Positions 9,548 to 18,007 of a DNA stretch of 37,787 nt are shown piece after piece (position 1 is the first letter of the stretch; every line of letters begins with the position of its first letter). The notes beneath the pieces were generated by a model, which saw only the letters and a program-made list of their open reading frames with translations, ran no database searches and was not told the DNA's origin. This DNA is from Thermodesulfobacteriota bacterium (GTDB lineage: Bacteria > Desulfobacterota > Desulfobulbia > Desulfobulbales > SURF-16). The stretch spans positions 1 through 37,787 of the forward strand of contig JBFMAY010000041.1 of assembly GCA_040755455.1 (NCBI GenBank), written 5' to 3'. The translations under genes were made by a program, and so were the position numbers.

Positions 9548-10111
9548 ATGAAAACAACAAACAAGCTTCTCACTGTTGCCTTAACAGGCCTGTTCCTCAC
9601 CATGGCCGCGCAAACAGCGATGGCTACCATCATTACCCCGCCACCCGAACCTTTCGATGGCACATGGACGGTCGATTGCGATTACGGCTTAAAATTCGCC
9701 GTTTACACCCCGGTTGCCGGTGGTGTGATGTTTGTCGGTGGAGAAAACGACCCTCTGCAATTTGCCATAACTGTGAAAACATATCCTGTATATACACCGA
9801 TTTATGTTCTGGCCGATGCAAGTGGCTATTTTGCCAGCTATGACCCAACTCTGGATGCCGACGACTCTTTCCTAGGTGAGGACAGAGAGGTACGGATAAC
9901 CTTTGCCATAAGCGGCATTGCCACCCCTTATACGGTTTATGACGGTGGAACATATCAGGGACTGCAGCTGATAGTCAATGACAAGAAAACCGGTCTGATA
10001 AAAGTCCAATGCGCAACCCCCAACCCGGTACCCGTTCCCGGCGCGGTGTGGCTGCTTGGCAGCGGCCTGCTCGGCCTCGCCGCCCTGCGCAGAAAGGGCA
10101 GCCAGCAGTAA
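9548..10111 (+). CDS. PEP-CTERM/VPLPA-CTERM sorting-domain surface protein
   Basis: RBS AAGGAG, signal peptide MKTTNK...AQTAMA, C-terminal PVPVPGAVWLLGSGLLGLAALRRK. Confidence 0.9.
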   Translation: MKTTNKLLTVALTGLFLTMAAQTAMATIITPPPEPFDGTWTVDCDYGLKFAVYTPVAGGVMFVGGENDPLQFAITVKTYPVYTPIYVLADASGYFASYDPTLDADDSFLGEDREVRITFAISGIATPYTVYDGGTYQGLQLIVNDKKTGLIKVQCATPNPVPVPGAVWLLGSGLLGLAALRRKGSQQ

Positions 10112-10143
10112 TTACCCCACATAACCCGTCAAGCTTTACAGCC

Positions 10144-10186
10144 AAAGAGCTGCCGTTTCAGGAAATGAAACGGCAGCTCTTTTTTT
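10144..10186 (+). terminator. rho-independent (probably bidirectional) terminator
   Basis: AAAGAGCTGCCGTTTCA-ggaaa-TGAAACGGCAGCTCTTTTTTT between convergent genes. Confidence 0.9.
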
Positions 10187-10201
10187 ATGGCCGGCGAAAA
10201 A

Positions 10202-11980
10202 TCAGCGCAGATTTTTTGGCAGCAGGGAATCAATTTTAGCGTCAACAAGCTTTTTGGTGGAGGGATCCACCTCAAGCACCTGGGGATACCAGGGCTTTAA
10301 GCGGCAATCAAAGACAATGGGCGGCGTAAGCCCCACATGAAAACGGCGGATACCCTGGCTGGCGGAATAAATATCCGCAGCCGGTTCAAAACGGGTAAAA
10401 AAGGTCCAGACAAATTCCTGCAGGCTGACCGTCGCCTCCTGCAGATTATCCACCAGCAGCACAACCGGCCACCCGGCAAAGGCTGCCTCTGCGGCGACCC
10501 GCTGCGGCAGAGATTTCTCCGTCTCATATCCCGCGCCTTCGACAACCAGGGTGCCCGGCAGAAAGGCCTTGGCGGCCCGGCAGCCCGAGGGCAGCTCTGC
10601 ATGAAAAGAGCGGGGCAACACGTTCTTTGCTTCACGGCCAAGCCCCATCAGCAGCGCCTTGGAGCCGTTGTTGACCGAAGGGCCGGTGTAGTCAAGGGTA
10701 TCCTGGGAGACATTGGCAAAGACAAAAAGATCCTGCTGCCAGTTTACCCTTTCCAGCACATGCACCCACAAGGTGGCAAAATTGTCAATATTGATATCAC
10801 CGTCCGTTATGATGAGAAATTTCGTCAGCGACAGCTGGCCTTCGCCCAGGATGCGCAGCCCGGAAGCAAAGGCCTCCCGGGGGTAACGATCCCTGACCCG
10901 GGCCGCGGCCAGGCAGTGAAAGCCTGCCTCGCCGAAGGTTTTGAGCTGTTTCACCCCGCTCATGACCATGGGGAAAAGCGGCGATAGCAGGTCCTGGAGA
11001 AAATCGCCGATATAAAAATCCTCCTGCTTGGGCCGGCCAACCACCGTGGCCGGATACACGGCGTCCTGCCGGTGGTAGAGACGATCAACCTGGAAGACCG
11101 GGTAGTCATGGGTCAGGGAGTTGTAGCCGTAGTGATCACCAAAGGGACCCTCAGGCCGGCGCATATGGGGCGGCACGACACCCTTGGCGGCAAACTCGAC
11201 ATTGGCGACCAGATTGTGCCCGCCCAGTGGGTCTTTCACCATGGGCAACTTTTCGCCAAGCAGCAACGAGGCCAGCATCAGCTCAGGCAGATTCTCCGGC
11301 AACGGGGCAATGGCGGCCATGATAAGGGCCGGCGGGCCTCCGATGAACAGGGTCATGGGCAGGCTCTCATTGCGGGCCTCAGCCTCATGGTAGTGATAAC
11401 CGCCGCCCTTATGGATCTGCCAGTGGATGCCTGTTGTCGCATCATCATAACGCTGGATGCGGTACATGCCGAGATTGTGGCCCCGGCCGCCGGGATGCTC
11501 GGTATACACCAGGGGCAGCGTCACGAAGGCACCACCATCAGTTTTCCAGGAGGTAAGCATGGGCAGCTCGGTCAAGCGGGCTGGCCGGATACAGTTTTCC
11601 AGAATGGGGCCGTTCTTCATTATCCTGGTGCCGATCCTGGCCGCCTGGGGCACGAGGCCGCGCATTGACCAGATTTTGCCGAAACTTGGCGGCATCAGCA
11701 CCTCGACGGCCCGCACCAGGTCCGCGACAAACTGCTGAGCCCGGTGGCCAAAGGAAATTTCCATGCGCCGTGCCGTGCCGAACAGATTGGTCGCCACGGG
11801 AAAACTGCTGCCCTTCACCTTGTTAAAAAGCAGGGCGGGTCCGCCCTGGGCGATCACCCGCCGGTGAATCTCGGCTATTTCCAGATACGGATCAACCTCC
11901 ACGTCTATTTCCAGAAGGTCTGATTCCTTGCGCAACACATCGAGATAGGAGCGAAGATCTTTGATGATTGGGTAATGCAC
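10202..11980 (-). CDS. UbiD-family prFMN-dependent decarboxylase (long, menaquinone-pathway type)
   Basis: LEIAEIHRR, NLGMYRIQ, HWQIHKGG, EGPFGDHYG, ATVVGRP..ED, DTLDYTG. Confidence 0.9.
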   Translation of the reverse strand: MHYPIIKDLRSYLDVLRKESDLLEIDVEVDPYLEIAEIHRRVIAQGGPALLFNKVKGSSFPVATNLFGTARRMEISFGHRAQQFVADLVRAVEVLMPPSFGKIWSMRGLVPQAARIGTRIMKNGPILENCIRPARLTELPMLTSWKTDGGAFVTLPLVYTEHPGGRGHNLGMYRIQRYDDATTGIHWQIHKGGGYHYHEAEARNESLPMTLFIGGPPALIMAAIAPLPENLPELMLASLLLGEKLPMVKDPLGGHNLVANVEFAAKGVVPPHMRRPEGPFGDHYGYNSLTHDYPVFQVDRLYHRQDAVYPATVVGRPKQEDFYIGDFLQDLLSPLFPMVMSGVKQLKTFGEAGFHCLAAARVRDRYPREAFASGLRILGEGQLSLTKFLIITDGDINIDNFATLWVHVLERVNWQQDLFVFANVSQDTLDYTGPSVNNGSKALLMGLGREAKNVLPRSFHAELPSGCRAAKAFLPGTLVVEGAGYETEKSLPQRVAAEAAFAGWPVVLLVDNLQEATVSLQEFVWTFFTRFEPAADIYSASQGIRRFHVGLTPPIVFDCRLKPWYPQVLEVDPSTKKLVDAKIDSLLPKNLR

Positions 11981-12246
11981 TACTTGTCCTCGTTCAGAAA
12001 AAGGGTATGATATTCATCTTCCCGCAGATGCTTCTTCATAAGCCTGGTCAGAAAATCAACGGTGGCGTCAATATCATCAGCGGACAGGCGGGGAATGAGC
12101 GCCTCCAGCAAGGCAGGCGCGGCAAACATCTGCAGAAAAGAGGCAAGGGAACGCTCATCGGTTTCCCGGTTAAGGCCGAAACATATTTCAGCCGGATCGA
12201 TTTTTTTTGGGAGAAGTGATCTTTCCATGGATTGCATCCCCTTCAT
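11980..12246 (-). CDS. small conserved hypothetical cytoplasmic protein
   Basis: ICFGL.RE.DE.SL..FLQ.F...LIPRL...HL.E.EYH.LFL; stop overlaps the start of the UbiD gene; exact start uncertain. Confidence 0.75.
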   Translation of the reverse strand: MKGMQSMERSLLPKKIDPAEICFGLNRETDERSLASFLQMFAAPALLEALIPRLSADDIDATVDFLTRLMKKHLREDEYHTLFLNEDK

Positions 12247-12284
12247 CTGCTAATATATTTAATATTTATTTCAACTAGTAACAA

Positions 12285-13043
12285 ATGATTCCCATGACAT
12301 CAGCCAAAAAAAATGACCCTGCCTCCTGCGGCTGGGTTGCCCAGCACGCGGGCTATGATTATACCAGGTCCGAGGATATCATCAGCAATACGCTGAACTG
12401 GCTGCAGGACAAAAGGGTCTTCGTCAGTCTGCTGCACAAAGGGTATCAGTCCGGCGGCACGATGATCGTTGACGCCAACCACGAAAAAATCGTCGTCGGC
12501 AAACCCCAGGACTGGCCCGCAACCCACGCCAGCTTCAGGGTTATCTTCCGCAATGCGGCAAAATTATGGAGCCATTTCAACGGTGAACTGCTCTCCTCCT
12601 CGGCTGATTCCCTTGTGCTCAGACGGCCGGAAGAATTATTCATCCTCCAGCGCCGGCAGCATTACCGGATCAATCTCCCCGAGGGAAGCGTGGCTACTTT
12701 CCTGTATAACCAGAAAAAGTGCAAGCTTAATATGCAGGATCTCAGCGCCGGCGGCATGCTGCTCAGCACCAGGGACCCGAAAGACTTGCCGCAACAGCAC
12801 CATACCATAAAAAACATCATCATCACCATCCCATCGGACGATGCCGCCGCCGGGGCGGAAAGCGACGGGGTACTCCGCTTCAAAATCAAAGAGGGAGAGG
12901 TGGTCCGCGCCTTTGCCAACAGCAAATTACGCCAGTTCTGCCTGGGGATCAGCTTTTCACCGGGCAGACCGGAAGAGGAACGGATCATGAAATATATCCG
13001 CCAGCGGGAACTGGCCCTGCTGCGCAAAGGCATCCAGGAGTAA
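12285..13043 (+). CDS. PilZ-domain c-di-GMP receptor (YcgR/flagellar-brake-like)
   Basis: QRRQHYR (RxxxR) and DLSAGG (DxSxxG) motifs; N-terminal YcgR-like region. Confidence 0.88.
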   Translation: MIPMTSAKKNDPASCGWVAQHAGYDYTRSEDIISNTLNWLQDKRVFVSLLHKGYQSGGTMIVDANHEKIVVGKPQDWPATHASFRVIFRNAAKLWSHFNGELLSSSADSLVLRRPEELFILQRRQHYRINLPEGSVATFLYNQKKCKLNMQDLSAGGMLLSTRDPKDLPQQHHTIKNIIITIPSDDAAAGAESDGVLRFKIKEGEVVRAFANSKLRQFCLGISFSPGRPEEERIMKYIRQRELALLRKGIQE

Positions 13044-13049
13044 AACCTG

Positions 13050-13445
13050 TCAGACCACCCGCCAGTGCACCTTGCGCGTCCGCGGCCCGTCAAACTCGCA
13101 GAAAAATATTTTCTGCCAGGTCCCGAGCTGCAGTCTGCTGTTTTCCACAAAGACGGTAACAGATGAACCGAACAGGGAAGCCAGCACATGGGATGGCGAG
13201 TTGCCTTCCATATGCTGATAATCCAGCCCGAAAGGAATGATCTTCCGCAACGCCTTGATGATATCGGTCTGCACCGCCGGATCCGCTCCTTCATTAATGG
13301 TAAGCCCGGCGGTGGTATGGGGATTATAAAGATAGCAGACCCCATCAGTTAACTTGCTTTTTGCGATTTCTTTTTCTATCCTGGCAGTGATATCGACCAA
13401 CTCCATATGGTTTGCCGTGGTCACCGTGATTGTTCCTTTTTGCAT
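13050..13445 (-). CDS. yjbQ: YjbQ/UPF0047 family protein
   Basis: PHTTAGLTINE.ADP, H.EGNS.SH, LGTWQ.IFFCEFDGPR.R. Confidence 0.93.
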   Translation of the reverse strand: MQKGTITVTTANHMELVDITARIEKEIAKSKLTDGVCYLYNPHTTAGLTINEGADPAVQTDIIKALRKIIPFGLDYQHMEGNSPSHVLASLFGSSVTVFVENSRLQLGTWQKIFFCEFDGPRTRKVHWRVV

Positions 13446-13585
13446 ATTTTCCTCCGTGAACCATGTATAATGTATATAAAATCAAGAAGGTAGCCATATA
13501 GTGGATGACGCCGTGTGGCAAATTGATTATAGCAGCACAAATGAATTTTGGCAGAGATTCTTCACGCACTTGCAAGGGGGATGTT

Positions 13586-14224
13586 ATGATTGAAAAAATG
13601 CTGAGCAATCTTGACTGGCTGGGGCATGACTGTTTCCGTCTGCGCGCAGCAGGCCAAGTCGTTTATTTTGACCCTTTTCAACTTTCCGGCGCACTCCCGC
13701 CTGCCGATCTTATTCTGATAACCCACGAACATTTTGACCACTGCTCCCCTGATGACATTAAAAAGATCAGGCAGGACGCAACGGTCATTATCACCGAACC
13801 GCTTTCAGCGGCCAAGCTCTCCGGTACCCCCAACGTCAAAGCCATGCAGCCCGGCCAGAAGATCACCCGCGGCCCTTTTACCATCGAGACGGTCCGCGCC
13901 TATAACACCAACAAAAAGTTTCACCCGAGGGCCAACAACTGGCTCGGCTTTATCGTCACTGTTGAGGGCGTGCGCATTTACCATGCCGGGGACACCGACT
14001 ATATCCCGGAGATGGCCGACTACGATGCCGATATCGCCCTGCTGCCCGTCTCCGGCACCTATGTCATGACCGCGGACGAGGCGGCGCAGGCCGCCATTGA
14101 CATTAACCCCAAGGTTGCCGTGCCCATGCATTTCGGGGCCATTGTCGGTGAGCAATCCGACGCGCAACGTTTTGCCGGCAAACTTGCGGGCAAAATCACC
14201 GTCCACCTTCCACAGAAAAAGTAA
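13586..14224 (+). CDS. MBL-fold metallo-hydrolase
   Basis: WLGHDCF, ITHEHFDH, YHAGDT, PMHFG; ATG 13586 after GGGGG RBS. Confidence 0.9.
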   Translation: MIEKMLSNLDWLGHDCFRLRAAGQVVYFDPFQLSGALPPADLILITHEHFDHCSPDDIKKIRQDATVIITEPLSAAKLSGTPNVKAMQPGQKITRGPFTIETVRAYNTNKKFHPRANNWLGFIVTVEGVRIYHAGDTDYIPEMADYDADIALLPVSGTYVMTADEAAQAAIDINPKVAVPMHFGAIVGEQSDAQRFAGKLAGKITVHLPQKK

Positions 14225-14229
14225 CTAAC

Positions 14230-14898
14230 GTGAATTATTTTCCCATCAGCCTGGATATTCGCTCCCGCAACTGCATGGTAATCGGCGGCGGCAAGGTAGC
14301 GGCCCGCAAGGTAAAAGCACTGCTGGCCAACCAGGGCAAGGTAACGGTGATCAGTCCCGAGCTTGACGATGAACTGGCCCCCCTTGCCCAGGACGGTTCC
14401 ATCCAATGGCTCAAGCGCGGCTACCAGCCGGGCGATCTTGCCAGGGCCTTCCTGGTCATTGCCGCCACCGATGACGTTACCGTGCAGGAAGCCGTGCACC
14501 GGGAGGCTGAAGCACACAATCTGCTCGTCAACGTTGCCGACGTGCCAAAATGGTGCAATTTCATCCTGCCGGCCACGGTGCGGCGGGGGGATTTGACCAT
14601 TTCCGTGTCGACCGCGGGCAAAAGTCCGGCCCTGGCCAAACAGTTGCGGAAAAACCTGGAAAAAGAATACACGGATGATTATGATTTATTGCTTCAGGTA
14701 CTCGGCAGGTTGCGGCCCATCGTGCTGGCCTTGGGCCTGCCGCACGAAAAAAACAAAATTCTTTTTGAAAATCTGCTCCACAGGGATATGATTGACTGGT
14801 TGCGCAGGCAAGACTGGCAGGCGCTGACGGATCACATCCGCTCTATCCTCGGCAAGGATATTCCCTTAGACGACCTTGTCGGCCACGCTGAACAATGA
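14230..14898 (+). CDS. precorrin-2 dehydrogenase / sirohydrochlorin ferrochelatase (SirC/CysG-N type)
   Basis: IGGGKVAARK, ATDD, VNVADVP..CNF..PA, STAGKSPALA. Confidence 0.92.
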   Translation: MNYFPISLDIRSRNCMVIGGGKVAARKVKALLANQGKVTVISPELDDELAPLAQDGSIQWLKRGYQPGDLARAFLVIAATDDVTVQEAVHREAEAHNLLVNVADVPKWCNFILPATVRRGDLTISVSTAGKSPALAKQLRKNLEKEYTDDYDLLLQVLGRLRPIVLALGLPHEKNKILFENLLHRDMIDWLRRQDWQALTDHIRSILGKDIPLDDLVGHAEQ

Positions 14899-14930
14899 AG
14901 GCAGCGTAAGACTCAACGGAGAATCTCTGC

Positions 14931-15740
14931 ATGCTTTTTTCACTTTCGCTCATCGGATATTATTTATCCACCACCACCTATATTATCTTTTTCGTTACCC
15001 AGAAAAAGAAAATCCGGGCGGCGGCCCGCTGTCTGCTTTTCGGGGCCGGGGTTCTGCATACGGTAACCATTCTCGGCCGTTATTTTTTAGCAGGCCACAC
15101 CCCGCTCACCACCCATCATGACACGGTTTCCTTTTTTGCCTGGTCCATGACCTGGGCCTTTCTCTCCTTCCGCTGGCGTTATCAGGTGAAGAATTTCGGC
15201 ACCTTTGTCTCCCTTGTCATTACCGCCCTCATGACCATCGCCGCCCTCTCGTCCCAAACTATCGCGGAACTGCCGCCTGCCCTGCAAAGCGCCTGGCTGC
15301 CGGTTCATGCCAGCATCGCCATCATTGCCGACGGCTTTATGGCCATGGGCTTCTGCAGCGGCCTGATGTATCTTCTGCAGGAACGGGAATTGAAAAAAAA
15401 GAGATTCGGTGTCTTTTACAGCCGCCTGCCCTCCCTGGAGGCGCTGGACAATCTTATCCAGCACTGCCTGACCGTCGGCTTTCCCTTGCTGACGCTGGGC
15501 ATCATCACCGGCTCCTTCTGGGCCAAACAGGCGTGGGGAGCATATTGGCACTGGGACCCGAAGGAGACATGGTCACTTATCACCTGGTTGCTGTATGCCG
15601 CCATGCTGCATCAGCGCTTTATCGCGGGATGGCGCGGCAAGCGGGCCGCCATTCTGGCCATCATCGGCTTTATGGCCGTTCTGTTCACCCTGTGGGGTGT
15701 GACCTTTCTGCTGCCGGGAGTCCACTCATATGTCCGTTGA
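14931..15740 (+). CDS. ccsB: cytochrome c biogenesis protein CcsB/CcsA (heme-handling WWD family)
   Basis: LQSAWLPVH, WAKQAWGAYWHWDPKETWSL, C-terminal HSY. Confidence 0.9.
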   Translation: MLFSLSLIGYYLSTTTYIIFFVTQKKKIRAAARCLLFGAGVLHTVTILGRYFLAGHTPLTTHHDTVSFFAWSMTWAFLSFRWRYQVKNFGTFVSLVITALMTIAALSSQTIAELPPALQSAWLPVHASIAIIADGFMAMGFCSGLMYLLQERELKKKRFGVFYSRLPSLEALDNLIQHCLTVGFPLLTLGIITGSFWAKQAWGAYWHWDPKETWSLITWLLYAAMLHQRFIAGWRGKRAAILAIIGFMAVLFTLWGVTFLLPGVHSYVR

Positions 15741-17016
15741 TTCCATTTTGATTCTGGGAGTAAACCATAAGACGGCGCCTGTCGAGGTCCGCGAACAGCT
15801 GGCCTTCACCGGTGACCCGGAAAGGCCTTTTAGAAAACTGAAAGAAATCCCCGGCTGTACGGAATTCTGCTTCCTGTCAACCTGCAACAGGGTTGAGGTG
15901 ATCTTTACCAGCCCCCATCAGATGGAAACCATCCAGTCCATCAAAAAATTTCTTTTTGCCGCCAGCAATGTCAGGGAAAAGGATATTGACAACTTCATTT
16001 ACCTGCACCGCGGCGCGGACGCCATCAACCATCTTTACCGGGTGGCGGCAAGTCTCGATTCCATGGTGGTCGGCGAACCGCAGATCCTGGGCCAGCTGAA
16101 GGATGCCTACCGCAATTCCGCCGACCGGGAATGCACCGGCGTCATCCTGAACCGTCTCCTGCATAAGGCCTTTTCCGTTGCCAAGCGCATCCGCACCGAA
16201 ACAAATATCGGCGGCAGCGCGGTTTCCATCAGTTATGCCGCCGTGGAGCTCGCCAAAAAAATCTTCGGCCATCTCGAGGGCAAAAAGGTGCTGCTGGTGG
16301 GGGCCGGCGAGATGGCGGAGCTTGCCGCCGAACACCTGATCAACCAGGGCATTTCCGAGGTGATTGTCGCCAACCGCACCCTGGAGCGGGCCGTCAACCT
16401 GGCCAAACGTTTCAACGGCAAGGCTGTGGGGCTGGCGGAACTGCACGCCCAGATGGAGTTTGTCGATATCATGGTCAGCTCGACCGGCGCCAGCGGCCTG
16501 ATCCTGCACCAGGAAGATGTCAAACCCATCATGAAGCAGCGGAAAAACCGCCCGCTCTTTCTCATTGATATAGCGGTGCCGCGGGATCTTGATCCCAAAC
16601 TCAACGACCTGGATAACGTCTATCTTTACGATGTTGACGATCTCAGCCAGGTGGTGGAGGTGAACAAGGCGGAAAGGGAACAGGAGGCCCTGCGGGCCGA
16701 ACGTATCGTCACCGAGGAGACGCTGAAATTTCTTCAATGGATTGAGGACATGCAGCTCACCCCCACCATTGCCGCCCTGCGCCAGAAAGCCGACAACATC
16801 GCCAAAGCCGAACTGGCCAAGACCCTCGCCCACAGCAACCTGAGCGCCAAGGACATCAAATCCATCGAGAAAATGGCAGGGGCCATCATCAACAAGATGC
16901 TGCATGACCCCATTCTTTTTCTCAAACAAGGCCACACCCAAGATGACAAACGCCTCAAACTCGATTTCACAAGAAAAATTTTCGGCCTGGACCTTGAGTC
17001 GGAAAAAGAAGAATAA
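15730..17016 (+). CDS. hemA: glutamyl-tRNA reductase
   Basis: GVNHKTAPVEVRE, STCNRVE, SLDSMVVGEPQILGQ, GAGEM, DIAVPRD. Confidence 0.98.
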   Translation: MSVDSILILGVNHKTAPVEVREQLAFTGDPERPFRKLKEIPGCTEFCFLSTCNRVEVIFTSPHQMETIQSIKKFLFAASNVREKDIDNFIYLHRGADAINHLYRVAASLDSMVVGEPQILGQLKDAYRNSADRECTGVILNRLLHKAFSVAKRIRTETNIGGSAVSISYAAVELAKKIFGHLEGKKVLLVGAGEMAELAAEHLINQGISEVIVANRTLERAVNLAKRFNGKAVGLAELHAQMEFVDIMVSSTGASGLILHQEDVKPIMKQRKNRPLFLIDIAVPRDLDPKLNDLDNVYLYDVDDLSQVVEVNKAEREQEALRAERIVTEETLKFLQWIEDMQLTPTIAALRQKADNIAKAELAKTLAHSNLSAKDIKSIEKMAGAIINKMLHDPILFLKQGHTQDDKRLKLDFTRKIFGLDLESEKEE

Positions 17017-17023
17017 GACAATC

Positions 17024-17052
17024 TTGACAAGAAGTCCGCACAATGCTATTTT
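17024..17052 (+). promoter_or_regulatory. sigma-70 promoter of the rpmH operon
   Basis: TTGACA-N17-TATTTT with extended -10 TG. Confidence 0.65.
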
Positions 17053-17195
17053 ACCCAATTCATTTTTAGTACTATTCAGTAGAGGGGCGCGCTCATAGTT
17101 CCACTATTTTGGAACAGAAGAAACGGCACATGAGCCTCCTTGGCTTGCAAGCACTGCCTATGCCCGGCAAATAATTTTTTTCGAGGATAATTGTT

Positions 17196-17333
17196 ATGAG
17201 TAAACGTACTTTCCAACCCAGCAATATCAAACGCAGCCGCACCCATGGATTCCGGGCCCGGATGAAAACAAAAGCGGGACGGGCCGTTATCTGCCGCCGT
17301 CGCGCCAAGGGTCGTGTGCGCCTCTCCGCATAA
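17196..17333 (+). CDS. rpmH: 50S ribosomal protein L34
   Basis: Hand translation [45 protein letters not shown] (45 aa); RBS GAGG; upstream of rnpA. Confidence 0.97.
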   Translation: MSKRTFQPSNIKRSRTHGFRARMKTKAGRAVICRRRAKGRVRLSA

Positions 17334-17344
17334 GCCCGGCAGTT

Positions 17345-17704
17345 ATGCCAGATAGGGGAAAGGATAACCAGACGCTGCCCAAGGCGGCTCTGCTCAGTAA
17401 GCCAAAGGAATTTCAAGCTGTTTATCGGAATGGCAAACGGCTTCGCGGGAAAGAATTCAGCCTTATTTTCATGCCCAACGGGCTGGAGACAAGCAGACTG
17501 GGCATCAGTGTCCACGGTGTCAAGAGGGCTGTTGCGCGCAACAGAATCAAACGAATCATCAGAGAATTCTATCGGTTAAACAGACAGTTTATCTCTCCTT
17601 CGTCAGACATCGTCATCGCTGTCCGCAAAGATTTCCCCCCCGATTCCCCCCAGGAAGTGGAACGTGCCGTCAGGCCGCTCCTGCGCAATCTCCCGCTGGC
17701 ATAA
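17345..17704 (+). CDS. rnpA: ribonuclease P protein component
   Basis: EFQAVYRNGKR, RLGISV, AVARNRIKR..RE. Confidence 0.93.
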   Translation: MPDRGKDNQTLPKAALLSKPKEFQAVYRNGKRLRGKEFSLIFMPNGLETSRLGISVHGVKRAVARNRIKRIIREFYRLNRQFISPSSDIVIAVRKDFPPDSPQEVERAVRPLLRNLPLA

Positions 17705-17775
17705 TCTCGATGGAGTTCAGTTATTTTCCATGGCCGGTCCATCATTTGTCCGGCCATAATAGGTAATGCGAGCAG

Positions 17776-17994
17776 ATGAGCATGAAAAAGCTACTCTTAT
17801 TTCTTCTTCGAGGTTATCAGACGATACTTTCCCCTTTGTTACCTCCGGCATGCCGTTTTACTCCAAGCTGTTCCCATTACGCAATCGAGGCAATCACACA
17901 ACACGGTCCCCTGAAGGGGTCTTTGCTGGCCAGCTACCGCATTCTGCGCTGCCAGCCATTCTGCCGTGGCGGATACGACCCTGTAAAAAAATAA
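17776..17994 (+). CDS. yidD: membrane protein insertion efficiency factor YidD
   Basis: YQ..LSP...[25 protein letters not shown]. Confidence 0.95.
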   Translation: MSMKKLLLFLLRGYQTILSPLLPPACRFTPSCSHYAIEAITQHGPLKGSLLASYRILRCQPFCRGGYDPVKK

Positions 17995-18007
17995 TAAGGA
18001 ATGTGAC

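Noticed and set aside
15877..17058. 393-aa antisense ORF
   Set aside because: Shadow of hemA on the opposite strand; no family motifs; typical of GC-rich codon bias
17017..17195. Replication origin next to rpmH
   Set aside because: No dnaA and no cluster of TTATCCACA boxes seen
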